A stretch of DNA of 40,114 nucleotides from a virus (taxonomy: Duplodnaviria; Caudoviricetes), in the IMG/VR virus record IMGVR_UViG_3300017645_000008, positions 1 to 40,114 of that record; one strand, given 5' to 3'. The notes under the pieces are model-generated. The model was not told the origin of the DNA. It worked only from the letters and a program-made list of their open reading frames with translations, and searched no databases. The translations under genes were made by a program, and so were the position numbers. Shown here piece by piece: positions 15,435 to 24,080 of this stretch (its first letter is position 1; the number at the start of each line of letters is the position of its first letter).

Positions 15435-16542
15435 CGATCAGGAACTCACCGAGGGCGCGCGCTATGCGTGGTTCTGGCGCCATCGCGAGTTGCTCATGGG
15501 CGTCAGGCAGGTCGTCCTCGCGGTGGACAGCGACGAGCCGGGCAAGGCGCTTGCCGCCGACCTCTGCCGCCTGTTCGGCCCCGAGCGGTGCCTGTTCGTC
15601 GAGTACCCCGACGGGTGCAAGGACCCGAACGATGTCGTCAGCCTCTACAGCCACCAGACGCTGGTCACGATGCTCGACAGCGCGCGGCCCTATCCGGTGC
15701 GCGGTCTCTACACGATCGACGATTTCCCCGAACAGCCGGCCTATACCCGTTATTCGACCGGGATGGCCGAACTCGATGAGCTGTTCCAGATCGTGCCGCG
15801 CACGTTCACGGTCTGCACGGGCTATGCCGGCCAGGGCAAGACGAGCTTCCTCATGTGGATCATCGCGGGCCTGATCCGGCGTGGCGTCCACGTCACGATC
15901 GCGAGCTTCGAGACCGACATCAAGCCGGTCTTCCAGCGCAAATTGCGGGCGGCGCTGATCGGCGCGGGTGAGTATTCGCGACATCCACCCGACGCGCTCC
16001 AGCGGGCGGATGACATGATCCGCAAGCACGTCGCGTTCATCGCACATAGCCCGAACGATGACGAGGATTCGCTTGGCATCGAGGAGGTGATCGAGTTGGC
16101 GAAGGCGTCGGTCTACCGCCATTCGACCCGCGTCCTGCTGGTCGATCCGTGGAACGAACTGGACCACAAGCGCCGCACCGACGAGAGCGAGACGGACTAT
16201 ACCGGGCGCGCCATCCGCATGCTCAAGCGCTTCGCCAAGCAACATGACGTGGCGGTGTGGATGATCGCGCATCCTGCCAAGCCGTGGAATGGCGCGGGAA
16301 AGGCGAAAATGCCGGGCCTGTACGACATCAGCGGTTCCGCGAACTGGGCGAACAAGGCTGATTATGGTGTCGTTTTTCAGATCAAGAACCGCGAATATTG
16401 GACGACGACAGTGGCCTGCACCAAGGTTCGGATGGGACTGCCGGGCCGCATGGGGCAGGCGGTCATCCAGTTCGATCCGGGACGTTCGGCCTATCAATTT
16501 TACGCTGACGTGAATGAGACGGAAAGCGAGGCTGCGGCATGA
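15076..16542 (+). CDS. TOPRIM primase plus DnaB/SF4 helicase (Twinkle/T7 gp4-like) lacking the Zn domain
   Basis: IIVEGEWD, SVPNGA, AVDSDEPG, CKDPND, Walker A GYAGQGKT, LLVDPWN, YDISGSANW; GGAGG then GTG. Confidence 0.9.
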   Translation: MELTQPHRNWLDARGIDPRIAEKFGLFTKAGKGAEWLAVPYVENGRIVNHKYRVASDKTRQMMDSGAPLTLCNHDCLLDHSLDATPLIIVEGEWDMLAVMTAGKLRVVSVPNGAPRESSDDQELTEGARYAWFWRHRELLMGVRQVVLAVDSDEPGKALAADLCRLFGPERCLFVEYPDGCKDPNDVVSLYSHQTLVTMLDSARPYPVRGLYTIDDFPEQPAYTRYSTGMAELDELFQIVPRTFTVCTGYAGQGKTSFLMWIIAGLIRRGVHVTIASFETDIKPVFQRKLRAALIGAGEYSRHPPDALQRADDMIRKHVAFIAHSPNDDEDSLGIEEVIELAKASVYRHSTRVLLVDPWNELDHKRRTDESETDYTGRAIRMLKRFAKQHDVAVWMIAHPAKPWNGAGKAKMPGLYDISGSANWANKADYGVVFQIKNREYWTTTVACTKVRMGLPGRMGQAVIQFDPGRSAYQFYADVNETESEAAA

Positions 16543-16570
16543 CCCGCACCGAGCGAGGGCGGCCGGCGCC

Positions 16571-16741
16571 TCACACTTTCGGAGCCTCAGCACGCAGCAG
16601 CGCAATCATGCGCGTCTGCCAGCCCTTGCCGCTGCCGCGCCATGCCGCAAGGACATCGGGCGGGACGCGTAGCTTGATTTCGATCGGGCGATCTTCGGGA
16701 GCCAGGGGCGGGCGGCCGCGCTTGGGTTTGGTGTCGGCCAT
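16571..16741 (-). CDS. BrnA-antitoxin-family ribbon-helix-helix protein (56 aa)
   Basis: Translated by hand: KRGRPP..IKLRVPPDVLAAWRGSGKGWQTRMIALLR. Confidence 0.75.
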   Translation of the reverse strand: MADTKPKRGRPPLAPEDRPIEIKLRVPPDVLAAWRGSGKGWQTRMIALLRAEAPKV

Positions 16742-16742
16742 G

Positions 16743-17126
16743 TCAGCGGCGCATCGTGCTGATGATGGCCGACGCCTCGCCCTTCGTCAGGCCCGACGTG
16801 CCGCAAATCTGCGAGGCCGCGAGTCCCTGCTCAACCGCGAGGCGGGCGATCAGGTCGATCTGCGCGTCGGTAGCAGCGTATTGCATGAGCCCTATCCGCG
16901 CCATGTTGAGATGCTCGCGGATTGCGGCGAAGCTGGTGGCGGGCGCGATTGTCACAGCCCTTTTCCCGATGCGCTCGCGCACCTCGTCGATCGAGATTTG
17001 CACATATTCGCGGATGCCGGCGAGCGTGTCGCAGCCCATGCGTTTGCGCTCGTCCGCGCTCCAGCCGCGGATGGAGTGCATCTCGTTTTTGATCGTCTCG
17101 GTGATTTGGGGGTCGGCGTTAAGCAT
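16743..17126 (-). CDS. Hypothetical protein (127 aa) with C-terminal ATDAQ..LTKGEASAII motif
   Basis: GGAGA RBS; DUF3072-like helical motif. Confidence 0.75.
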   Translation of the reverse strand: MLNADPQITETIKNEMHSIRGWSADERKRMGCDTLAGIREYVQISIDEVRERIGKRAVTIAPATSFAAIREHLNMARIGLMQYAATDAQIDLIARLAVEQGLAASQICGTSGLTKGEASAIISTMRR

Positions 17127-17150
17127 CGTGTGTCTCCGGTGGGTGGCGTG

Positions 17151-17321
17151 TCAGTTGCGCTCGTTATGGAGCGCCCGGCTGGTGGCGGCACGTTGGCGAT
17201 CAACCTCGTCCAGCGCGGCGCTGTTGCGCGTGCCCGCCATGACCTGCATCATCGCGAGCGCGTCCGGAGCCGTGATCCGGATGGCGGTGCCTTTCGGGGT
17301 GGTCCAGTTGATGTCGATCAT
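17151..17321 (-). CDS. Hypothetical protein (56 aa)
   Basis: AAGGAG RBS; MIDINWTTPKGTAIRITA.., translated by hand. Confidence 0.55.
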   Translation of the reverse strand: MIDINWTTPKGTAIRITAPDALAMMQVMAGTRNSAALDEVDRQRAATSRALHNERN

Positions 17322-17342
17322 CTCTCATCTCCTTGTGTGATT

Positions 17343-17387
17343 GTTGTGCACCCATTTTATGGGAGGCGCAAGAGGTTTCTTGGGTGC
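17343..17387 (-). promoter_or_regulatory. Putative promoter/operator of the reverse cassette
   Basis: Minus strand TTGCGC-N17-CACAAC with palindrome CCCAT-N3-ATGGG in the spacer; GCACCCA/TGGGTGC inverted pair. Confidence 0.4.
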
Positions 17388-17412
17388 GCGAAAAATTATT
17401 CGGGAGGCATCG

Positions 17413-17574
17413 GTGAAGGGCAGGCCGGCGGTGACGAGGGCGAGGGTGTTGCGGTATTGGCGGAAGCATGGGCCATGCTCGCTGGGGCAGGTCCAGCGGG
17501 CGTGTGGTCTGCATGATCGGGCGCATGCGCTGCGGATTCTCCGTGCGGCTGGCGTGTGGAAAGCGGCGACCTGA
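17413..17574 (+). CDS. Small basic HTH-like protein (53 aa), candidate late regulator
   Basis: GGGAGG RBS; RARVLRYWRKHGPCSLGQVQRACGL; directly upstream of terS. Confidence 0.55.
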   Translation: MKGRPAVTRARVLRYWRKHGPCSLGQVQRACGLHDRAHALRILRAAGVWKAAT

Positions 17575-17624
17575 ATTTTGACAACACGACAAGCGCTTAA
17601 AAGCGGCATAGATGGTTGGCCGCT

Positions 17625-17954
17625 ATGGCGGATGCGGCACCCCGGAAAGTAGTAAAGAGTAGCAAACGCGGCTCCGCGCCCGGTGAGCGTCGTGGCGGAC
17701 GACAGAAGGGCGTACCGAACAAAGCAACGCGGTCCCTGCGCGAAATTGCGCGCCAATATACCGACGAGGCTATCGATGCCTTGGTCAGGGTGATGCAGGA
17801 CGATGGAGAACCGGCTGCGGCTCGTGTGTCGGCGGCGAATGCAATCCTTGATCGCGGGTACGGCAAGCCCAGCACCGTGATTGCCGGCGATGAGGATGGT
17901 GGGGCGATCCGAGCTGTTACGCGGATCGAGTTGGTCGGGGTGCTGCCGTCATGA
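17625..17954 (+). CDS. terS: Terminase small subunit
   Basis: PGERRGGRQKGVPNKAT..ARVSAANAILDRGYGKP; precedes terL. Confidence 0.8.
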   Translation: MADAAPRKVVKSSKRGSAPGERRGGRQKGVPNKATRSLREIARQYTDEAIDALVRVMQDDGEPAAARVSAANAILDRGYGKPSTVIAGDEDGGAIRAVTRIELVGVLPS

Positions 17955-19246
17955 CGACCGCACAGGTCCGCATGCCGGCGAAATTGGTGCCGGTGTTTCA
18001 GGGCGAAGCTGATACGCGCGGGGCGTATGGCGGGCGCGGATCGGGCAAAACGCGGACGTTTGCCAAGATGACCGCCGTCAGAGCGCACATGTGGGCGCAA
18101 TCTGGTGACGAGGGAATTATTCTCTGCGGCCGCCAGTTCATGAATTCTCTCGCCGACAGCTCGCTTGAGGAGATCAAGGCGGCGGTTCAGGAGGAGGAAT
18201 GGCTTCGCCCGCATTTTGACATTGGCGAGAAATACATTCGCACTGCCGATCACCGAATCAGTTATGCATTCTCCGGTCTTGATCGAAACATTGACAGCAT
18301 AAAATCCAAAGCGCGCATCAAGCTGGCGTGGGTCGATGAGGCGGAACCCGTCACCGAAGAGGCGTGGATCAAACTGATTCCAACCTTGCGCGAGGAAGAT
18401 AGCGAGCTTTGGGTGACATGGAACCCGGAGCGAAAGAACAGCGCCACCAACAAGCGGTTCCGCAATTCGACCGACCCGCGCACGAAGATCGTCGAACTGA
18501 ATTGGCGAGACAACCCGTGGTTTCCGCAAACGCTCGATCGCAAGCGGCTTAAGGATCAGGCCGAGCGTCCCGACAGCTATGACCATATCTGGGAGGGTGA
18601 TTACATCACCGTCGTCGAGGGTGCCTATTACGCTGCTTCGCTCACGTCGGCTAAGGGGCAGGGCCGGATTGGACGGGTGGCGTTCGACCCCCTCATGACC
18701 GTGCGCTTGTTCGTCGATATCGGCGGCACCGGGGCCAAGGCCGACGCCTTCGCAATGTGGCCCGCGCAGTTTATCGGCCGCGAAATACGCATCCGCGATT
18801 ATTACGAAGCGCAGGGCCAGCCGCTTGCCACGCATCTCAATTGGCTGCGGTCGAAAGGGTACACGCCGGATCGGGCGCAGATCGTGCTCCCGCATGACGG
18901 CGCGACGCACGATCGTGTGTTCGACGTGTCTTATGAGAGCGCGTTTCGAGACGCCGGTTATCACGTCACCGTCGTTCCAAACCAGGGCAAGGGCGCTGCC
19001 GCAGCGCGCATCGAAGCAGCGCGCCGGCTCTTCCCGCAAATGTGGTTCGATGAGGAGAGCACTGTCAACGGCCGCGACGCGCTCGGTTGGTATCATGAGA
19101 AGCGTGACGAAGAGCGCGGAATGGGCCTCGGGCCGGAGCATGATTGGGCCAGCCATGGCGCCGACGCGTTCGGGCTGATGGCCGTAGCCTACGAAGAGCC
19201 ACGCGAGACCCGCAAGATCAACTATTCGAACCGGGGGATCGTGTGA
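17951..19246 (+). CDS. terL: Terminase large subunit (PBSX-like)
   Basis: GGRGSGKT, AWVDEAE, TWNP, LPHDG, HDWASHGADAF. Confidence 0.95.
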   Translation: MTTAQVRMPAKLVPVFQGEADTRGAYGGRGSGKTRTFAKMTAVRAHMWAQSGDEGIILCGRQFMNSLADSSLEEIKAAVQEEEWLRPHFDIGEKYIRTADHRISYAFSGLDRNIDSIKSKARIKLAWVDEAEPVTEEAWIKLIPTLREEDSELWVTWNPERKNSATNKRFRNSTDPRTKIVELNWRDNPWFPQTLDRKRLKDQAERPDSYDHIWEGDYITVVEGAYYAASLTSAKGQGRIGRVAFDPLMTVRLFVDIGGTGAKADAFAMWPAQFIGREIRIRDYYEAQGQPLATHLNWLRSKGYTPDRAQIVLPHDGATHDRVFDVSYESAFRDAGYHVTVVPNQGKGAAAARIEAARRLFPQMWFDEESTVNGRDALGWYHEKRDEERGMGLGPEHDWASHGADAFGLMAVAYEEPRETRKINYSNRGIV

Positions 19247-19263
19247 TGCCCCGTGCAGTCCCC

Positions 19264-19392
19264 CCGCCCACCGTAACGACAGCCGACCTCGCCGGCGGCT
19301 GCGAGGGCCATCCAGCGCGCGAGCGTCAACGAGGTGTGGGGTCGGGTGGTGTTCGCAGCGCCTCGATGGATGGCAACGGCGGATTTATCCGG
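19264..19392 (+). ncRNA. Putative structured RNA leader of the portal gene
   Basis: Helices CCGCC/GGCGG, CCTCGC/GCGAGG, GCCATCCA/TGGATGGC, CGAGGTGT/GCGCCTCG; shares CGCCCA..AGCCG with two other leaders. Confidence 0.55.
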
Positions 19393-19400
19393 AGCATTAC

Positions 19401-21638
19401 ATGACCAAGCGTGATCTAATGTCCGACGACGAGCTGGCCGCACTCCTCGCCGAGCAGGAGCGCGCCGCCAAATCGTTCCGCGATTCCACGCTGGCCGACG
19501 ATCAGGCCAATGCGCTCGATTTCTACGAAGCGCGGCCATTCGGTGACGAGGAGGAGGGGCGTTCGCAAGTCGTCTCGCCCGATGTGGCCGAGGTCGTCGA
19601 TTATATGCAGATCAGCGTGTTGCGCACGGTGATTTCGGGCGATCGCGTCGTGGAGTTCGAGCCGGGCGATACCGACCAGATACCCGACATACCGGAGCCG
19701 CCAGGGAGGCCAAAGGTCGCGCCCGGTTCGGAGCAAGACCCGCAGACGCAGGCGGCAATGGCGGAATACCAGCGCGCCCGCGCCACCTATGACCAGGCCC
19801 TGGCTCCATTGCGCGCATGGGAGAAGCGCCGGACGCAGGCGGCCGAGGACGCGACCGCTGCGGTCAACCATATCTTCCTGCGCCGTCAGAATGGTGAGCG
19901 CATCCTGCTCGATTGGTTGCAAAGCGGGCTGATCGAGAAGATCGGCGTCATCAAGACCGCGGCGGTGGTCGAGCGGCGTAAGATCAAAAACGCGCTCTCG
20001 GTCGATGCGATCGGTCTCGCTATGCTGACGGAACAGGGCGAGACGATTTCGGCCGCCTCCGAACAGGATGACGGCACCTGGCTGGTCACGGTCGAGCGCG
20101 AGGAGGAGGTCAAGCGTTACCTCGATTATCCGATACCGTCCGAAGAATATCTATTCTCCGCGCGCACCCGCGATGAGGACACCGCCGATTATCAGGCGCA
20201 TCGGTGCCGCAAGACGCTCTCCGATCTTATCGAAATGGGTTTCGACCGGGAATTGGTCGAACGTCTTCCGATTGAGGAGGGATGGGGCTTCGACGATCCG
20301 CGTGAGCAGGCGCGGTGGCATGACGAGGAGGAGCATAGCTACGGGCGCACGGGAGCCATGCGCGAGGTCATGCTGCTCGAGGAATATGCCCGCGTTGACA
20401 TCGACGGCGACGGCATAGCCGAACTGATCAAGGCCTTCCGCGTTGGTGACGTGATCCTCGAAGTGACCGAGGTCGAGGAAGCGCCGTTCGTCGTCTGGAC
20501 GCCGTTCCCGCGCGCACATCGGTTAGTGGGTGATAGCCTCGCTGAAAAAACGATGGATATTCAGCGCATCAATTCGGTGCTGATGCGCCAGGCGCTCGAT
20601 GGGGTCTATCAGACCAATTCGCCGCGCATGAGTCTGCACATGGACAGCGAGACGCCGAACACGATCGACGACCTGCTCTCGGTTCGTGCCGGAGGAATCG
20701 TGCGCTGGAAGGGCGTGAACAAGCCCGAACCACTGTATGAGCCGTTCGACATCCAGAAGTCGCTCGGGATGCTCGAATATATGACCGGTCTGCGCGAGAC
20801 GCGCACGGGCATCACGCGGCTCAATCAGGGACTCGACGAAGACACGATCAACAAAACCGCGTCGGGGCAGGCTGCTTTGCAGGCTACCGGCCAGCAGATC
20901 GAAGAATTCGTTGCTCGCAATTTCGCCAATGCCATGGCGCGGCTTTTCGCAAAGAAGTTGCGGCTGATGGCGGACAATGGCGATCCGATCGCAATAAAGA
21001 TCGACGGTCAGTATCGCCGTATCGATCCCACGACGTGGGATCGGGACATGAACGTAGCGGTGCGCGTCGGGCTCGGCTCGGGCCGCAAGGAGCAGCGCCT
21101 CGTCTATCGTCAATCGCTGCTTGAGATTCAGGAACGTGGTTTTCAGGTGGGTTTGGTCGATGCCAAGCGGCTTTACAACAACGTTTCTGCAATGATCCGC
21201 GATAGTGGCCTGGGGAATCCGGACGATTACATCATCGATCCCGATTCGGATGAGTATCAGGATAATGGGGCGGGCCAGCCGCAGGCCGATCCGGAGGCCA
21301 TCAAGGCGCAGGGTGAGGCGCAGGCGAAGACGCTGAAAGCGCAGTCGGACGCGCAGACGGCAGCCGCGAAGATGGACACAGCGCGCGAGGAATCGACCGC
21401 GCGCCTGCAACTCGCCAGCGAGGAGAGCCAGGCCATGATCGCCCTCAAGCGGGCCGAAGCCGAGGAAGAGGCGCGCCTGGCGAGGGAAAAGGCGGCCTTC
21501 GAAGCCGAGATGGCGCAAAAGCAGGCCGATCGCGAGTGGGAACTCGCCCAGCAGCGCGCCAGCCGGGAGGCTGAACTGTCGCGGATGAAGGCGGAAGCGC
21601 TGCCCAAGAACCGGGCGGGCGGGGATTTGTCGAAATGA
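19401..21638 (+). CDS. Portal protein (P22-like)
   Basis: EEEGRSQVVSPDVAEVVD, MDIQRINSVLMRQALD, ETRTGITRLNQGLD, VRVGLGSG; long helical C-terminus. Confidence 0.92.
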   Translation: MTKRDLMSDDELAALLAEQERAAKSFRDSTLADDQANALDFYEARPFGDEEEGRSQVVSPDVAEVVDYMQISVLRTVISGDRVVEFEPGDTDQIPDIPEPPGRPKVAPGSEQDPQTQAAMAEYQRARATYDQALAPLRAWEKRRTQAAEDATAAVNHIFLRRQNGERILLDWLQSGLIEKIGVIKTAAVVERRKIKNALSVDAIGLAMLTEQGETISAASEQDDGTWLVTVEREEEVKRYLDYPIPSEEYLFSARTRDEDTADYQAHRCRKTLSDLIEMGFDRELVERLPIEEGWGFDDPREQARWHDEEEHSYGRTGAMREVMLLEEYARVDIDGDGIAELIKAFRVGDVILEVTEVEEAPFVVWTPFPRAHRLVGDSLAEKTMDIQRINSVLMRQALDGVYQTNSPRMSLHMDSETPNTIDDLLSVRAGGIVRWKGVNKPEPLYEPFDIQKSLGMLEYMTGLRETRTGITRLNQGLDEDTINKTASGQAALQATGQQIEEFVARNFANAMARLFAKKLRLMADNGDPIAIKIDGQYRRIDPTTWDRDMNVAVRVGLGSGRKEQRLVYRQSLLEIQERGFQVGLVDAKRLYNNVSAMIRDSGLGNPDDYIIDPDSDEYQDNGAGQPQADPEAIKAQGEAQAKTLKAQSDAQTAAAKMDTAREESTARLQLASEESQAMIALKRAEAEEEARLAREKAAFEAEMAQKQADREWELAQQRASREAELSRMKAEALPKNRAGGDLSK

Positions 21639-21781
21639 GCGCTCTACGCGAGGCCCTGATCACCGCGATGGAGCGCGCGCGCGACGAGAAGGTTCCGCGA
21701 GATCGCTATTCCCTGATCCCCGACTTTGCGGACGCCTGCATCGACGTGATCGGCCAATGGACAGCGGAGGAGCCAGAATGA
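21635..21781 (+). CDS. Hypothetical protein (48 aa)
   Basis: ATGA-coupled at both ends; translated by hand. Confidence 0.5.
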   Translation: MSALREALITAMERARDEKVPRDRYSLIPDFADACIDVIGQWTAEEPE

Positions 21782-22086
21782 CAGTCGATCCGGTTGTGCG
21801 CGCACAGCGGTGGCGCGAGTTTTATGAGGAAGAGGGCGGCCTGCGCGACATGCTGGCGGAAATCCGCAACGCCTATCTTCTGCGGATGGCGGATGTTGAG
21901 CCATGGGAGACGGGCAAGCTTGCGAAGCTCGCGATTGCGCACAAGGTGTCCGAGCAAGTCGATGGCTTTGTCGCGTCGATTTTCGCCGATGGTGCCGTCG
22001 AACTGAATGCGCGTCACCACGCAAACCGCATCGCCGACCTGCCGGAGCGCAAGCGGCGCTGGCTTGAACGATTCTCAGGGAGCTGA
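21778..22086 (+). CDS. Hypothetical head-module protein (102 aa)
   Basis: GGAGGAG RBS; between portal and scaffold. Confidence 0.7.
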   Translation: MTVDPVVRAQRWREFYEEEGGLRDMLAEIRNAYLLRMADVEPWETGKLAKLAIAHKVSEQVDGFVASIFADGAVELNARHHANRIADLPERKRRWLERFSGS

Positions 22087-23066
22087 TGATGGAAGACCTC
22101 GATAACGACGATACCCTGAACGGCGCGGCTGAAGCGTTCGGCAAACTGGAACCGATGGGCGAAGGCGATGAGCCGGAGGGCGACGAAGACGCCCTTGACA
22201 CGGACGACGAAGGGTATGATGATACCTCCACCGAAGGCGATGAGCCGGAGGGCGACGAGCAGGACGACGAACCGGGCGAACCGGCCATCGAACCACCTGC
22301 GAGTTGGGACGCCGAGGCGCGAGAGCGGTTCGCGAAGCTCCCACCCGAGGACCAGCGTTATATCGCTGACCGGGAGAGCCAGCGCGATCGCTTCGTGCAG
22401 GCGAAGGCGGCCGAGGCCCAGCAGCACCGCGACGCGGCACGCGCAGCCTTGGATGAACATATCCAGTTGCGCCAGCAATATGCTGAACAATTGGACACGT
22501 ATGCGAAGCTGTTTGAGCCCCAGCGGCCGGATTACAGTCTTCTGGCATCCGATCCGCAGGCCTACGCGTACCAGCAGGCGGTTTACGACCGAGCCATAGC
22601 CCAGCGCGGCGAGATCGCGCAGCAGGCCGAGCGAGCCCGCCAGGAAGCCCAGGCAATCCAGAACCATCAGGCGCGCGCCGAGGCGCAGGCCGAGTTGCAG
22701 CGGTTGGTCGAAGCGATTCCGGAATGGAATGATGGCCAGAAGCGCGGCGAGATGGTTCAGGCGCTGGAAAGCGTGGGGCGCGAACTGGGTTATTCCGACG
22801 ACCTTCTGGCCCAAGCACGGGCGAGCGATGTGATCGCGCTCAAGAAGGCGGCGGAGTGGCGCGAAGGGTATCTCAAATACAAGGCTTTGCAGGGCAAGCG
22901 GATGGAGGCCGTAAGGGCCGCCAAAGGCAAGCCGAAAGTGTCCATTCCCGGCACCGCCCAGCCGAGAGGCAGCGGCCGAAAGCAGGCATTGCAGGACTCG
23001 ATGCAGACGTTGCGGAAATCCGGCTCGCTCGATGCGGCCGCCGCAGCCTTTCGAAATCTCGGGTGA
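22086..23066 (+). CDS. Capsid scaffolding protein
   Basis: Very acidic N-terminus, PPASW..FAKLP, helical Q/A-rich body; precedes MCP. Confidence 0.8.
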   Translation: MMEDLDNDDTLNGAAEAFGKLEPMGEGDEPEGDEDALDTDDEGYDDTSTEGDEPEGDEQDDEPGEPAIEPPASWDAEARERFAKLPPEDQRYIADRESQRDRFVQAKAAEAQQHRDAARAALDEHIQLRQQYAEQLDTYAKLFEPQRPDYSLLASDPQAYAYQQAVYDRAIAQRGEIAQQAERARQEAQAIQNHQARAEAQAELQRLVEAIPEWNDGQKRGEMVQALESVGRELGYSDDLLAQARASDVIALKKAAEWREGYLKYKALQGKRMEAVRAAKGKPKVSIPGTAQPRGSGRKQALQDSMQTLRKSGSLDAAAAAFRNLG

Positions 23067-23106
23067 TCGACGCTGACGCGCGGCACCCACGCAAAGGACA
23101 TTAACA

Positions 23107-24072
23107 ATGGCTGTTCCCGCCAATACGATCCAGACCATGACCCGCGTGGGCAACCGCGAGGATCTGTCGGATATCATCTATAATATCTCGCCGACCGAGA
23201 CGCCGTTCGTCTCTTCGATCCAGCGCGGCAAAGCCAATGCGGTCTATCACGAATGGCAGACCGACACACTTGCCGACGCCGACGACGATAATAAGGCGAT
23301 CCAGGGTCAGGATTTGGACAATCAGTCCGCTCCGCCGACCAGCCGCGTGGGCAACTATTCGCAGATCATGTACAAGGTCGTCGGCACGTCGAGCACGCAG
23401 CGCGCTGTTCGATCGGCCGGGCGCTCCGATGAGCACGCCTACCAGATGGCGAAAAAGGGCAAGGAGCTGAAGCGCGACATCGAGAAGCGCTTCCTCAGCA
23501 ACAAGCCTGCTGTTCCACCGACCAGTTCGGTCGCGGGCGAGGCGGCCGGCGCGCTGGCGTGGCTCCGCACCAACACGTCGCGCGGCAGCGGCGCGGGCGC
23601 TGATCCGACGCTTTCCGGCTCGACGCAGGGCTACCCGAATGCGGGCGCCACCAACGGCACCCAGCGCGCGTTCACCGAGACGCTGTTCAAAGGCGTTCTC
23701 CAGGACGTTTGGACTGCCGGTGGCGATCCGTCGATCTGCCTGCTCAGCGCCAAGCAGAAGGTGGTTGCGTCCACTTTTTCCGGTATCGCGCAGCAGCGCC
23801 GCGAAACGGGCAATCGTCGTGCCACCATCGTGGGGGCGGCCGACATCTACGTATCGGACTTCGGCGAGGTGCGTTTTGTGGCCGACCGCTTCTTCTCGGA
23901 TCGCGACGCTTTTATCTACGATCCGGAATATTGGTCGATCGCGACCCTCGATCCGATGCAGCGCGTTCGACTGGCGAAGACCGGCCTCGCGGATCGTGAT
24001 GCGATCTGGGTTGAGCATACGCTTCGTTGCAACAACGAGGCGGCGTCCGGCGTCGTTGCCGATCTGAGTTAA
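23107..24072 (+). CDS. Major capsid protein (DUF5309/SU10-like)
   Basis: GNREDLSDIIYNISPTETPF, HEWQTDTL, ELKRDIE, YVSDFG, LAKTG. Confidence 0.92.
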   Translation: MAVPANTIQTMTRVGNREDLSDIIYNISPTETPFVSSIQRGKANAVYHEWQTDTLADADDDNKAIQGQDLDNQSAPPTSRVGNYSQIMYKVVGTSSTQRAVRSAGRSDEHAYQMAKKGKELKRDIEKRFLSNKPAVPPTSSVAGEAAGALAWLRTNTSRGSGAGADPTLSGSTQGYPNAGATNGTQRAFTETLFKGVLQDVWTAGGDPSICLLSAKQKVVASTFSGIAQQRRETGNRRATIVGAADIYVSDFGEVRFVADRFFSDRDAFIYDPEYWSIATLDPMQRVRLAKTGLADRDAIWVEHTLRCNNEAASGVVADLS

Positions 24073-24080
24073 GTGGAGGA

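Noticed and set aside
16539-17516. 325-aa plus-strand ORF after the helicase
   Set aside because: Runs antisense across three credible genes; only the first ten codons look like a gene-start remnant
17578-17606. TTGACA upstream of terS as the late promoter
   Set aside because: No -10 element at 16-18 nt spacing; an activator-dependent promoter is possible but not supportable from sequence
17597-19156. 519-aa minus-strand ORF, and similar long antisense ORFs at 5520-6899, 14926-16605, 22014-23177 and 34592-36064
   Set aside because: Shadows of well-supported genes on the other strand in GC-rich DNA; no recognisable motifs
21545-21572. CGCCCA-N10-AGCCG match at the end of the portal gene
   Set aside because: No convincing first hairpin; compatible with chance in Ala/Gln-rich coding sequence
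22161-22258. 26-bp direct repeat GAAGGCGATGAGCCGGAGGGCGACGA
   Set aside because: Simple duplication encoding EGDEPEGDE in the acidic scaffold N-terminus
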